Below, piece by piece: positions 36,370 to 49,854 of a stretch of DNA of 64,000 nucleotides (its first letter is position 1; the number at the start of each line of letters is the position of its first letter). The stretch covers positions 29,332,932 through 29,396,931 of the forward strand of contig OZ316892.1 in assembly GCA_973895155.1 (NCBI GenBank), given 5' to 3'. The position numbers were made by a program, and so were the translations under genes. A model generated the notes under the pieces. The model had not been told where the DNA came from, did no database searches, and saw nothing but the letters and a program-made list of their open reading frames with translations. This DNA comes from Marsupella aquatica. Lineage: Eukaryota; Plantae; Marchantiophyta.

Positions 36370-37470
36370 AGTGAAGGACTGTTACCGATCAATTGAGGCT
36401 CCCAGGTACCTAGATCCGAGGGATCCAAGAATTGATTAAGATTCCGATGTGAAATGTATCACGGCCAATTCTAACGAACAGCTAAACAGCAGTCAAGGGC
36501 TGTTCCCATTCAATTGCGGCTCCAAGCTACTGTAGGCAGAGAGATCGAAGAATTGTTATAACTTTGATGTGAAAAGTTCAAAAGTATTATGGCCAGTTCG
36601 AAACAACCAAGCAAACACCTACAGGGAAGGGCTGTCACCATTCAATAGCAGCGGCCAAATCTAGACAGCCAAGCAAAAACAGGCTCCAAGGTGCCGGAAG
36701 GCCGAAAAATCGAATAATCGATAGAGTTTTTGACGTGAACGGTTCAGAAGTATCATGGCCAGTTCGAAACAACCAAGCAAACACCTACAGGAAGGGCTGT
36801 CACTATTCAATAGCAGCGGCCAAACCTAGACAACCAAGCAAATACAGGCAACAAGGTACTGCAGGCCAAGGCTTCGAAGAATTGATCGAGCTTTCGCTGT
36901 GAATGGTTCAAAAGTATCATGGCCAGTTCCAAACAACGAAGCAAGCACCTACAGGGAAGGGCTGTCAGCATTCAATAGCAGCGGCCAAATCACAAGAAGG
37001 CAAATACAAGCTACAAGTTACTGTAGAACGAGGAATCGAAAATTCGACAGAGCTTTTTGATGTGAAATGTTCACAGCGGCCAAATCTAGACAAGCAAGCA
37101 AATACAGGCTACAAGTTACTGCAGACAGAGGAACAAAAAATTCGACAGAGCTTTCGTTGTAAAATGTTCAAAAAAGCATCATGGCCAATTCGAAACAACC
37201 AAGCAAACACGTACAGGGAAAGGCTGTCCCCATTCAATGGCAACAACCAAGCAAACACCCACAATTAAGGGCTGTCACCATTCAATTGCAACGGCAAAAG
37301 CTGCACAACAACTTAGCAAACACAGCAGTTGAAGGGCTGTTTCCTATCAATGGCGGCTTCAAGCTACCATAGATCGAAGGACTGTTGCCTATCAATGGCG
37401 GCTTCAAGCTACCATAGATCGAAGGGCTGTTTCCTATCAATGGCGGCTTCATGGTACCATAGATCGACGG
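36370..37470. repeat. Degenerate ~170 bp tandem array ending in three 45-bp units
   Basis: tcatggcca.ttcgaaacaaccaagcaaacacctacagggaagggctgtcaccattcaatagcagcggccaaa recurs about 5 times; gaagg.ctgtt.cctatcaatggcggcttca...taccatagatc x3 at 37331-37465. Confidence 0.85.
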
Positions 37471-38821
37471 ATCGAGCACAGCAGATTTCGCTGAGATGTC
37501 TAGGGTTGAAGGTTTAGAACAATGGCTCCACGTCAGACTGTTGGGATTTGCATCTGGCATATGGGATGCCAGTTGGGTCCGTGTGTCATCAACCGTGGAT
37601 AGTGTATACCATATATGCTGCAGTCTCTGGGTTTATTCAAAGACAGGAATCTCAAACTGCATCTGTCAAACTTATACTCACAAGCAGAAAAGAAAGGCTT
37701 TGCTCAAAGACTTTGCTTATGGTCTTTATCACTATAAACCCCTTGCGTTGGAGTTCCTCTGAAGGTTTGCTGGTCAGGGGAATATGGAACTGCTGAAGAG
37801 TGGAAAAGGTACCAGTTGGAAGGCACTGTAGGGACTGGGGAAAGTGGAATTAAAAACAGAGGGCATAGGGTAGGAAGAGCCTAGGAATCACAATCCAGAT
37901 ACGAGTCATTCTACTTCTAGTTCTCATCTGGGTTCACGGACTTTAGAGGTGAATTATATAAACACTAATGTGGATCCTGCTTTTCTTTAGGGTGGTAAGT
38001 TTATAGAATGTAGGTCTGGCTAGAAGCATCCCTTAAATATTGGATTATGGGGACATTTCTTGTGATGTATGAGGTGGACCTATAGGTGTATGTGTGCACC
38101 TTTTCCGCACCCAACTGTATCACTTTCCTTGCAGCTTGCACACACCTTGAAATCCACTTGCAAAGGCGAATCACCAACTAGTGCCAGCCAAAGTGCCTGA
38201 CCATCTTACTTACTCAAAGAAAAAAACACTTCTCTTCATTTACTTACTACTTATTTTGTGACATCATCAATTGTGCTAGGGAATTTATCAATTGGGTTGG
38301 GTTGAGGGGTGGAATGCAGTATGAACAGTTCCTTCATCAACTTCCGATGCTGATAGAATGAGGGTGTCAATGAGGGTGTCTCAAAGCTTCAAAGTTGCGG
38401 GTGATAACTGTTGGCCACAAACAATTAGTCATTACATTTTCACAGGGTTATGTAAAAGTCTACTTTCTTTAATATAAATCCACAAGCCTCTACACTTACT
38501 TACCTTAAGGGCACAGCATATGCCCAATCTTTGTGGCAAAAAGTTATGAACTGTGGATTTGGTACTCCATAACTTTCTTTGGCCATAACCTTAATTACTA
38601 AATGAAGGTCCGTCGAATTGTCACATGAACAAATAATGCATCAAACTATCCAATTTCTCTGGTACATGGAGAAACCAAACTATTGGCTCCATCAACTTTC
38701 CCACCTCAACTGAAGGTCGACTCAAATCATGGCGTCTACAGATCTGGAGGACAACTCTGGAGAACAACGGTTTCCCGAGTGAATCTGGTGATGTTGCAGT
38801 GGATCTGATGTGACTGAGAAC

Positions 38822-39382
38822 ATGGCGTCAACAGCTGGAGCTATGGAGCAGCAGCAGCCTCTCGAGCTGAAGCTGCTCATCGACAGGTACTCAGTGCTCC
38901 GGCTCAATCCAGCCTCCACTCCACTCTGGCTGTTGACGAAGATCATTTCATCTACCACCATCTTGAATTCCTCCACTGTCTCGCCCAGCACTTCACTGGT
39001 CAGCCTCTCCATCACTCCAGCTGAGATCTCTGTCGTGCTTCCCACCCTTGCCATCCTCCAGGACGACGATTTCTACCCTCAGGCTGTGGAGAATGGGTGG
39101 CTAGCGTTCAGGGTGGAGCCTCCAACCGGAGAACAGGGGATTGATTTCGGTGTGGTGGGAATCATGGCCAGGATCTCCGGGGTGCTGGCCAAGGCAAACG
39201 TTTCCCTCTTTGCGGTCTCCACGTTTGACACGGATTACATTCTGGTGAAGGAGGACACAATCGCCATTGCTGTCAGGGCTTTGAAAGAGCACTCTTGTGC
39301 CGTGCAGCTGGAGGAGCCGGGAAATGTGCAATGGACAGAAGTAGGCTTGTGTATTCTTAGTGACGTTTTCCCTTCTTCGTAG
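38822..39382 (+). CDS. Small tandem-ACT-domain protein (COG3603/ACT_7, CASTOR-like), ~175-186 aa
   Basis: LELKLL..RYSVLRL, SLSITPAEISVV, ENGWLAFRVE, IDFGVVGIMARISGVLAKANVSLFAVSTFDTDYILVKE..IAIAVRALKE is the diagnostic ACT_7 signature. The 3' end is uncertain because of a possible donor GAA|GTAGGC at 39340. Confidence 0.85.
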   Translation: MASTAGAMEQQQPLELKLLIDRYSVLRLNPASTPLWLLTKIISSTTILNSSTVSPSTSLVSLSITPAEISVVLPTLAILQDDDFYPQAVENGWLAFRVEPPTGEQGIDFGVVGIMARISGVLAKANVSLFAVSTFDTDYILVKEDTIAIAVRALKEHSCAVQLEEPGNVQWTEVGLCILSDVFPSS

Positions 39383-41734
39383 TTTTGTTCCAAAATTACT
39401 TCGTGATTGTTGATCATCATACGCCTCAAAGGAAATGTACAGCAGTAGCTGCCAGCGGCCCTGACTGCTGTTGGGTACAAGAAGTAATTGCCCCGAATAG
39501 ATTGTATGAAACATGCTGTTTCAAAAGAGTTCTGTTTCACGAGGTAAACAAATTCAGTGTCCATGTTTAGGCACATTTTGCCCGCAATGCCACCGTTTGT
39601 GGGAGTGCAAGTACCAGTACCCCACTGCAGCAATGCGCCGATAGATCCCTACTGAATGCTCCATCGTAGGATGGTTTGCTTACGACTTCCAGAGAGCCTG
39701 CAGCTTACAAGTGGTAGGACCTCGCGCGGAGAAAACATAGCAATAAAACATGCCTGCACAAAGCCAACGCCAATGTTGGAACTGACAAGGGGAAGAAGTG
39801 GCCAAGACAGTTGAGCAATTTCTACGAAGGATGTAGTATGCTCCTCATTACCGTAAACCCCAAACGATTGTTTACACTAGGTGTAGCCAATCTCTTCTTC
39901 CATGGGTTCAACATCAATAATGTTAAAATGCTCACGAGCAAACCAGTGCAAAGCGGCTGACAGTTCCAAGTTTATTCATGAAAAGTTGTAATCTTATCGA
40001 CCTGCTCTAGTCTTCAATGGTACGCCTATGTATCAAGTCAAGTCCAACATCATTCTATGGTAAGATAGACTATAAGGGGACAGACTTACGGCCAAAGTAT
40101 CTTCACTTCCATGTTGGCATGTTTGGGACCAATTATGGAAAGACTTCCCAAGAAACTGCGCTCAAATTGCTGGGCAGGCTTGCAAAGTCATAGCCGAATT
40201 GTATTGTTACTTCGTTTCTGTAGCATCGACTTTGTCCACAATACTTCTAGTTTTGGCACTAGCGGCTTTTGGTGGATGTGTCGGATCCTGATATGCTTAA
40301 ACTGAGTGTAGGGGAAAGACACCCTCGATCTCAATCAAGCAGACAGCTTAGGCTTAGTGTGGTGAAATCCAGATGAAATCCAGACGAATGAGACCTTTGA
40401 TTCAATATATTCCGTGGAATACCATCACTTGTGCCAGCTGCTAGTAATATTAGCCCAGCCTAAGGTTCCTAATGTCCGCCATTACTAATTCAGTGCACAT
40501 GTACTGGCCAGGTTTCACAATGCAAACAGAAGTTAAAAAATTTCACAATATATCTAAGCGCTCAGTAGAAACGCAACAAATACTCCTGATTACATCCGGT
40601 ACAACACATTGGAACACTCAAAGCCAAAACCAATCTCAAAACTGAAATCGTTATAACCGCGTAGAGTGTTTATCAATCCCACACGACAATGTTTTTCCTT
40701 AGCAAAGTGTCTTCATTCCTCAGATGCTCAGGCCCTACTCAAATCCACCAGAAAAGAGAAACAAACCAACGCAAAACGAGTGAAGGTAAATTCACTGGCT
40801 TCCTTCCGATAATACAAATGTTTCAGTACCACACCAGTGTTTATTGTCAGGTCAAAGGAGAATTGATCAATAGTTAGATCGTCTCCACTTGAGTGCCCCT
40901 TGCTCAATCCCGAGCCCTCCAACCAGCCACCCAAACTAAAGCTTCTATATACACACTACTGATCTGGGACTTGTCTCGCCAGTTATGCCAATCTAAGGTG
41001 ATTAAGCTAGGCTATTGGAATAACTGAGTCGCTGCCCATTGCTGCATGCCCACTCATAAGAACTCATAATCAGGCGCCCACAATGAGAGCTAGTGCGCTG
41101 AAGCGACATCCTCTAATCACTCGAGAACCAAAAAGGCACGACATTCCCGGCCAATACACCGAAGCGTGATGGCCGAGGGGAGATCGTCATTGGCTACCCA
41201 CAAAGGGATTCAAATGAGTAATCTCAATACTGTTACAATTTTTTTTTCGAATAGATGCTGCGATTCCACATCTGTCTACTCAAATCTACTCAAATCAGTC
41301 CCCAAAATCGCAGACGGGTTCCTAAAAACTCTGATGCGAGTGCGATTGTTACAATTTCCGAAGGTGCAACGGTGTCATGTCTCTCAGTACTGACCGAGAG
41401 ATGCTGTTTTCTTAGCTCAACAGCAGCCAGTAGGTCGGGCACTGGACCTACTCCTCCCAATGAAACGACTCCAGCTATTTCACTGAAGCTTTGAAGCTGC
41501 CCGACTTAGATGGCATACAGTCAAACAGAGCCACGAATATACAGATAGGCAGAGATGGACGTTTGGCTGTTTATCCATTCTTGCGGGAGCTCGCCAAGCT
41601 ACATAGTCGAGAAGGCAGACCATACAAATCTTGATTGAACAAGGAGATTCAATCTGGCTTCATCAGCTTGGCAGGCTTGAAAAGGGCCAACGAGGGGGCG
41701 CGTGAAGTGAAAGTTTGCTCCGCCGATGACTGCT

Positions 41735-44700
41735 TTATGGACTGTCATCAATCCCGCTGCCGGTTTGTTGCTCGACATTTCCATTCTCAGTGTGGGGGTA
41801 AGGTTTACTCCACTCGCCGCCCTCCTGTTGCAAGTCTTCGGCGAGAGGGTGCAGGCCATTCACGCCAGTGGGATCCAGCTTCCCAGACACGCCATTCTTC
41901 TTCTTTCCGAGTTTTGAGAGGACCTGAGCAACGTCGCGTATCTTTGGGCGCTTCTTTCCAACTTTTCGGACACACTTGTACGCAATGGCAGCCATGGTTC
42001 CCAAATCGTCTAAGTTGCACTTTCCATTTAACCTCACGTCCAACAACTCTGCCCAACCCTGCTTGCCTTCTACTCCCAAAGCCGCCTGCGATTCACATGG
42101 CATAACGACAATAACGAGGGCATGGTCAGGAAAGGATTCAACATGGCCAAGACATCAAGAAGCTTTCACAGACCCACCTGGCTGACCAGTCGGCAAGGAA
42201 AAGACCCCCGAAAACCAAACGCTTACAAACAAAACCACATTTGGGGAGCTTTATACTAAAACCATCTTTCTGAGATAATCATATGAATTCACTAGTCGAT
42301 TGCCGATTCAAGACCTGGTGAAAGAATAGGCTAACGCCCTCCCGCATTGAAATGGATTGAACACTTACAAGATGGACATAATCCATAAGACCTTGTTGTG
42401 GATTCCTTGCTGTTATTAGTTCGAACAAGAGAACTCCGAAACTATATACATCACTTTTCTCCGTAAAGGTGTTTGTGGAAACATATTCTGGATCCACGTA
42501 ACCAAAAGTGCCCTTTACACCAGATACGTAAGTCTCTTTGCTCGCTTCTTTGGCTTTGGACAGGCCAAAGTCTGCAACCTGCAGATTCAATCCCCAACAT
42601 TGGTGCAATGTAAATCAGTGACGGAGAGCCTTAAGGAAGTTGAGTAATAGCACTGCCAGGAAAATTCAAATCAAATCAATCCAAGTCTGTCAACCCTATT
42701 TCCAAAATGCCAATCGAAAACTGACCATGTCCACAAACTGTAATAGTTCAATTTCGAAAAATTGACCAAATATAGGGAACTGCAAGTTCCCATCAGGTAG
42801 GATTACAAGGGAGGAAACACGAACGCACCCTGGCTGTCATGGTTGCATCTAACAAAATGTTTGCTGACTTGACATCACGGTGCACAACTGGTGGGATAGC
42901 CTGCACAAAACCAGATTCCAGTTTCAGTACATTTGCACAAGCAAAAAGACTTTTGGTAAATAAGGTCGGGACGTACACGAGACATCGTTTGCCCAACTGT
43001 TCACATATCAACACTTCCGTTCCACTCCCTCCAGCATTGCAGAAACAAAGGTATTGCCTATGAGAGGAAAATGCCGTATACTCATCCTGAGTGTCTTTCA
43101 TCCATTTAACAACACAAGGCCGGAAGAGACGGGCCAGAAGGACCTAAATCTACATGCTAAGACAGTCGACGAAGAGAGCCATTTCTGACGCGGTAGGCTA
43201 AATATTAACAAGATCCAAAACGCAAAAAGGAAAAGGAAAAGAAAAAAAAGAAAAACGGTGACGGCCTATTCCTCTGTGGAGAAGTTCAAGAACTGACGCC
43301 GTCTTTACAAATCTAGAGTTCGCCAATGGGAGAAGTGTCGGTTTATAATGGACAACAAGATACATGCTCAAATATTTTGTTGAGTCGCGTGTTTACCCCT
43401 TCATGAAGATACTCTAGTCCCCTGGAAACATCCTGCGCTATACGCACTCTTTCCGCCCAACACAACGGTTCAAACTCTGCATCTGTTGAAAACCATCACC
43501 ATAAACAAAATCACAATTAAAACGAAGGTCATTCCAAATTACCATGCGAAACAGAAGTGAAGAAATACCGTAATCAGGAACCTAGTCAGACATCACAAAT
43601 GGTGAGAAGACTATGATAGACTCCATTCCTGAGAGCTGCCCTATCTTGGAGCTCCCCCCCCCCCCCACGCACTCATAATTTCTGGTTCGCTGTCGAATTT
43701 TATTGCAGTTTACATTCAAATAAATTGTGTAACGAGAATTCATCTGCTTTCCCACATGTGTAAACTGATCATGTCCTAATGTCCAACCGGCATGATTTTG
43801 TGATTCCTGCCGTTAAACTACTCAAAACAGCATGGGCCACTTCTTTACCGCTCCTTACATTGAATACATGCAACGTTTTACTTCCAAATTGGGTAGAAAA
43901 ATTCTCTGGCAAGGATGTACACAAGTCAGACCCAAAAGCAAGAGATTTTGAATAATGCGAGTCTATAGCAGCGTTGGCCCAAACGACAAGAGAGCTGTCC
44001 GCAGACTGGACAATAGTTACTCACCGTAGAGAATTCCAGACAGACTCCCATTGTTCATGAACTCGTATACCAACATTCTCTGACCTCGTTCGGCACAGTA
44101 TCCTACCAAGTTCACTAGATTTCGGTGATGTAGTCTTCCCAATAGCATAACCTATAGTTGTCCACAAATAAGAGCTTCAGCATGCTACAAGTATAGACAG
44201 AACATACGGAATATTTATGGGAGAGTGCCAAGATGATTGAACTGATCGAGAAGAAATTCCAATTAGTCCTTTAACCTGCCAATTTAATCAGGCTGTTCCT
44301 CGCCGTATGTGCACCTCCGTGCAAAAAAACGAGACAATCCGGCCAACAGCGTCTTTAAACGTTTCCAATGACGAAAGAAAAAAATCGCTGCTTGTCAATC
44401 TACTGTCAAACAATTTGTTTTGGAGAATGCAAGGATTACAAGACATGCCTTAGAGCTCCTACAATTGAAAGAGAAATGAGGGCAGGGACAAATTTTCTCT
44501 CACACCTCATTTTGAAATTCTCTCTCGCCTTGCTTTGAATGGCTGGAAAGTACTTTAACAGCCAAAATTGTTCCCGACGGTTGCAAAATAGCTTTGTAAA
44601 CGGGGCCAAAGGCACCTTGCCCCACCAAGGCGGTGAAGCTGTTCGTTGCCCTTTTGATCTCCCTGCGACAAACAAAAACTTCGTCAAATGGTGTACATTC

Positions 44701-45156
44701 TATGACCATTGCCAAATACCATCAATCCGAGTTCTTTTGAGATTAGACGCAAGAAGCGAAGTACAAAAGGGTAACGGTAAGGAAATTAGACGCTTACCCG
44801 TAGCTGAACTTCGTCACGCCAGAGCTCGCAAGAAATCTCTCACTGCTGCCGAACCATTGCGACAAGAAGTTGACCGGATAATAGCTTGCGTTTGGAGATT
44901 CTTTTCCCAAATTGGAGTCAGATAAGATGGTACTAGAATTGACACCATTAACCCTTATTGGAAGAGCCAAACCCCGTCGTTCGCTGCCATCGATCATTCG
45001 CTTTCTCCGCAGTCTCCAACAAAGGACTACACACGCTGCCAGAAGTACACCGATCGCCACTCCGATCGATATTCCTATGATGACTCCAGTTGAGAGCTCA
45101 CTTTTGGGCTTTCCAGGGGGTGAAACAGTGGCGTGAATAACATCATAGGTCTCCAT
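41735..45156 (-). CDS. CRLK1: Calcium/calmodulin-regulated receptor-like kinase (CRLK1/2-like), ~453 aa, 7 coding exons
   Basis: Exons 45156-44798, 44662-44506, 44151-44025, 43482-43397, 42900-42829, 42578-42369, 42085-41735. [19 protein letters not shown] with no ectodomain; [66 protein letters not shown]. Confidence 0.92.
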
Positions 45157-45350
45157 CGTCTGCACCGGCCACGAAATGACACAGATTTAGTAATAACAAC
45201 GCAATACAAACTAAACACGCAGTATTCAGTAACGGGCCTTACAACCAGCAATTACCAGCGGCAGGAAGAAACGGAATTCCGATGACGACCGTCATCAGAG
45301 AGATCAAACTAACGACCACGGGACAGATCGTCGCGAGAATTCAAGTTCCA

Positions 45351-45450
45351 GGCTGTGGGTTCACACCGTTAGTGGTCACGAGCATGGTGTTCCACTGAAG
45401 CTGTGGGTTCACACCGTTAGCGGTCAAGAGCATGATGCTACACTGAAGCC
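45351..45450. repeat. Two-copy 48-bp tandem duplication in the CRLK1 5' intron
   Basis: gctgtgggttcacaccgttag.ggtca.gagcatg.tg.t.cactgaagc x2. Confidence 0.85.
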
Positions 45451-48400
45451 ACCGCTAGAATCATGGGGTCTGTGCTAACGGAACTCCACTTCACGGCTTG
45501 CTACTCCAGAGACCAGGTCCACCGCGATGAAAATTTTAGCTGGCTGTTACACAGAGTAAAGAAACATCTGCGATCACCTTATCCGAATGGAATGGAGACA
45601 AGCCCTCAAGCTCGGGCCCCTCATTGAAAGGTTGAAAGGTAGACGCCTAGGCGGCATTGAGCTCCAAAGCCGGTAAAGTAGCTGAAATAAACTATAAAAG
45701 ATTTCCTATTGGGATCGAGGAGCACTTCAATAATCCTCCAATGTCATAACACCCATCAACTAAAAATCCCACCCAGCGCCGGGAAATTTCACGAACCTCA
45801 AGTATACAACAGAGTACCATTTCTCTAGATGTGATTTATCATGGAGCGATACCGTCAACAGGGGAAGGATCAGTACGTGACATGTTCTCAGTCTTGGGAA
45901 CTCCTAGCGGCTGAGGCAGCTGAGGGGATCCCCTGCTCTGGCGCCCTGTCGCGGCTAGACAATGTTTTGCTTTGGGGTTTTTCTCGTTGGATAAAAGCAC
46001 TTCCCGAGGAAAAAAATGAAGATGTTCTACGTCAGGGAGTCCCGGCCTAGACGAAGAACGATTAAAGCTATGGCTCAAAGACCTGACTGCGGAACCGCTG
46101 AACCAGAATTTTTCCATGCAGACGCCTCCCCAATGGCAATAAATAGACTGCTAACGCTGACGACGGACGCTCTTCGAACTGCCAGCACGTGTAACTCCTT
46201 CGCAAAGGGGGATAGATCGAGGAGAACTAAAGCCATGGAAGATGACGCAGGTAGGAAGGCATCAATCTGTGCGGAAAGCAGCCAGGCCGTCTCAACTTTG
46301 GATGCCGTTGGAGAGTACAAATACGTGCAATCCACATTCTACAGACTGCATTAGGAAAAGTGCTCCCCGACAACAATCCCGAATCGGCAGGCACGAGCGC
46401 AATCGCATCATCCATCTTGCATGGTTCACAGACAACGCCTGCCCCGAACTGAGAATCCCTCTCACTAACACCAGGCCCATCCTTCCTGGGACGAAATGCC
46501 TTCACTACAGCTTCTAGAACTATCACATGTATTTAATTGGAGTCACACCTTACGAGGAAGCGTCCCATAAAGTCGGCAACGACCTCACGATGGCGTCCAT
46601 TTCAGAACGCCCAATGGAGTGATCCTCAGTGCACTACGCAAGCCTTTCTAATTAGCAGGAGTTTGTCGGTGACTTTCCGAGCCGAATCCCGAAACACCCC
46701 GCGGACCCGCCTATCTTAGTAGCAGGAGAGTACACCGCATCCGAATGCCTCTCTCACACAAACACTCGGAGCTCGCCAATGTTACTCCCGCAGTGGCAGA
46801 AGAATGCCAATTGAACATTGGGTAATACGAGGAGATGAATTCGAGAAGACTACATGGGAAAACAAGACCCTACGAGGTGGCGAAACAACAGAGAAAGGGG
46901 GTCCAATAATCCTATGTCTCAGGACAAGAATGGCGGATACTTACTTAAGAATTATGCGAAGCCGACGATGAGCTCGAAATTCTGTTCAGACCGGTAGCCA
47001 ACTGTGCACAATGCGGGGATCCGCCGACAATAGGTGGTGATGATACTACTACTACTGCTGCAGGAAAAACGATTCCAAAATCTACACTGGAACGAAAGAA
47101 CCGCCACTGCATCGCACAACCTCATTCTTCCGCCCTGCCTCCTCTCATCCCCGCTCCTCCTGCTGTTCTACACTCGTCGTCCAAACCAGTCACCCTATCT
47201 ACCACCTAAATTCCAATTCCTGTTACTATATCCAATCAAAAGCAACAGGTTCTACATCTTGCAATCCCCTCGGACCAACGCCACTCCGGACCTCCAACCT
47301 CATCATTCCTCAATAGTAGTATGTTAATGTACTATCGTAACCGGGCACAAACGGTCTCCTTGTTTCTGCCTGCTATCGCTGTGCGGGTAAAAGATTGTGT
47401 TCTGTTAACTAACCCACATGCATGGTTGGATATACGATTGATTCAACCCCCAACTGCTACCAAAAAAAATCAGCCCGATCACCGTACTCCTTTGACGACC
47501 GATGGCCGTCTGATTTTCACAATTTTTTTCTCCCACGCGCACACGCCGCGAGAACTGCCTTTTATGAAAACGGGTTTGATAGCTTTACAAAACGAGTTCA
47601 CAGGTTGCGCTTCTCTCGGCACAAGTCGCCGCTCCGAAATCCAGTACTCCAATCGCTTCCAATCCGACCGAACAAACCTTTCCCACCGCTGCCTCTCGTC
47701 CAATCTTGCCAATCCAACAAAACCAATAATAACAACGACCTGCTAGTTTTTTCTTCGGCTCCCCACCTCCACACGCACCTACGCAGCCCAGACAACCGCA
47801 AGTCTAACAAATCCTCTCCTTCTTTCTCCCTCCACACCGCCACTCCCTCGTCCGTCCTCCCACTTCCACACGATAAAACGCGCTATCACAATCTCACCTC
47901 GCAAGCTGCTCGTGCCCCTCCTCAGACTGCTGCTGCACGACGCACATGAGCCAATCAATAGCTGTGTGCTCCAACAATCTTCCAATGGGCAGCACAGAGA
48001 AAATGAGTCGAAGGTGGTAAACTGCAAAAACTCCCACCAAGCAATTTCGCGCGACCGACGTGCGCCGTGAGCAATCAGCAATGGGCAATGACCGACCGAG
48101 TCGTCCCTCTCCTACCTATCTTTCCAATCTTTCCATCTCCTCCGCCTGCTCCTTCTCCTCCTCCTCCGCCGCGACGGTGCCGCTGCACACCTCCTCTTCC
48201 GCCTCCTCGCTCGAGGCAGTAAGTAAAGTAAGTGAGTAAGCTCTACTCCGCCTCACTCTGCCAGCTTCGCATTATTTCATTCCTACCTCTCCGAACTCTT
48301 CTTCCTCGTCGGTCGAGTCTCCTCGACCCCCTTCTCAACTCTCGATCTCCAGCTTCCTCCCTCCTTCCTGAATAATTTTAATTCCTGCCCTCCCTTTCTG

Positions 48401-48499
48401 CCTCGATAGAATGATTCAGCCTCCATAGCTTCTCATGGCCATCCTCTTGGACTCTCTCTCTCTCTCTCGCCTCTTCAGTCTCGACCTTGGACCGCCGTT

Positions 48500-48584
48500 C
48501 CTCCGTCCGTCCGTCCGTCAGTCCTTCCTTCCGTCCGTCCGTCCGTCCGTCCTTCCTTCCGTCCGTCCGTCCGTCCGTCCGTCC
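48500..48584. repeat. (CCGT)n/(CCTT)n tetranucleotide microsatellite
   Basis: Directly visible. Confidence 0.9.
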
Positions 48585-49854
48585 TCGGTCTCGGTCTGGA
48601 AAGACCGAAACAGAAGAGACCAGACCAGCGGACCGAAATGTGGAGATGGGCGCCGAAATGTGGAGATGGGCGCTGGACCAGTGTATTTTTAAGGTTTTTA
48701 CTTTTGGCCAGAGTGTGAAGGAGAAAATGTTCAAAATATTTATTATTTGATTATTTTTCTGACCATCAGATATTCTTGAATTTAAAGATGACCATTAGAT
48801 TCTAGCTTATGGAATTTTTTTTAGGTGTAACACTGGTTATTGAGACACAAAAATACTAGAGAATTTTGTCCAAAAATAGGAAAATCTTTTTGGGAAGTAG
48901 AATTTGGCTAATTTTTGCCACTAAAAGAAACACTGGGCTGGACCTTGGTTTTTCCTTTTAGCTCCCTCTTGTGATTGTTTTTATTTTGTATATTTCAGTT
49001 CAGTGCCTAATGGGAGCACAATGCCCGGACGATAGAGATTTGGATCACCTCTTAAGGAAGATTTTCTTCTACTTTTCCCAAAATTGGAAAGAAAAAAAAT
49101 CTCACCCCTTGGACCTCTCTCACTCTGTCCATCCCTCCTTCCGACCGTCCATCCCTCCTTGGTCTTGAAAGACCAAAACAGAAGAGACCAGACCAGCGGA
49201 CCAAAATGTGAAGGTGGGGCTGGACCATGGTAATCTAAGCTTTTTCCGTTAAAGCTGCCCTACTCGGAGTTTCAATTTCTTGCACACTAGTACTTTAGTT
49301 TGTACCTTTTTTTTTGAAAAGGGGTAAACTTTCACCAAAATTAAAAAATCAAGGAAAAAAATTATAAAGAAAGGGAAAAAAAATAGTTCCAAAGAGGACA
49401 AACACCAAACAAAGAAAAGTAGTTTGCTGCCCGGCCCTAACGTGTTTTCCCTTTTTGGCAATTTACTAAATCTCCCTTTCATCTGTACTTGGATTTTAGG
49501 TTTCTTGCTCGGTAGTACTTTATTACTTATTTTACAATTGTTGATAACTCTTGGGATTTTTTCTCTTTGGTTTGAGTGTGTTCTCCCGTGCTTTCCCCTA
49601 TTTATTGGATCTTCTGCCTTTGATCCTGGCTTGGGGTATGGCTTGTTCTTTGGCATAATATTTGTTATCTAGTTTTGTAGATTAGTGTATGATCTTTCCA
49701 TATCCCTAAATTGAAAGATAATTGGAAGAGTTTGGGTAATGAGGTCTGTGGCTAGCTGGGAAACTGGAGAATTGAATTTAAACACCTACAAAAAATTTCC
49801 CTAGAGGGGCTAATACATTTTGATGAGGCGGAAACAAGCAATTTCTGCCATGAT

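Noticed and set aside
45839-48750. Numerous short ORFs upstream of CRLK1
   Set aside because: Overlapping in all frames, microsatellite-derived or without recognisable domains; likely leader or intron sequence.
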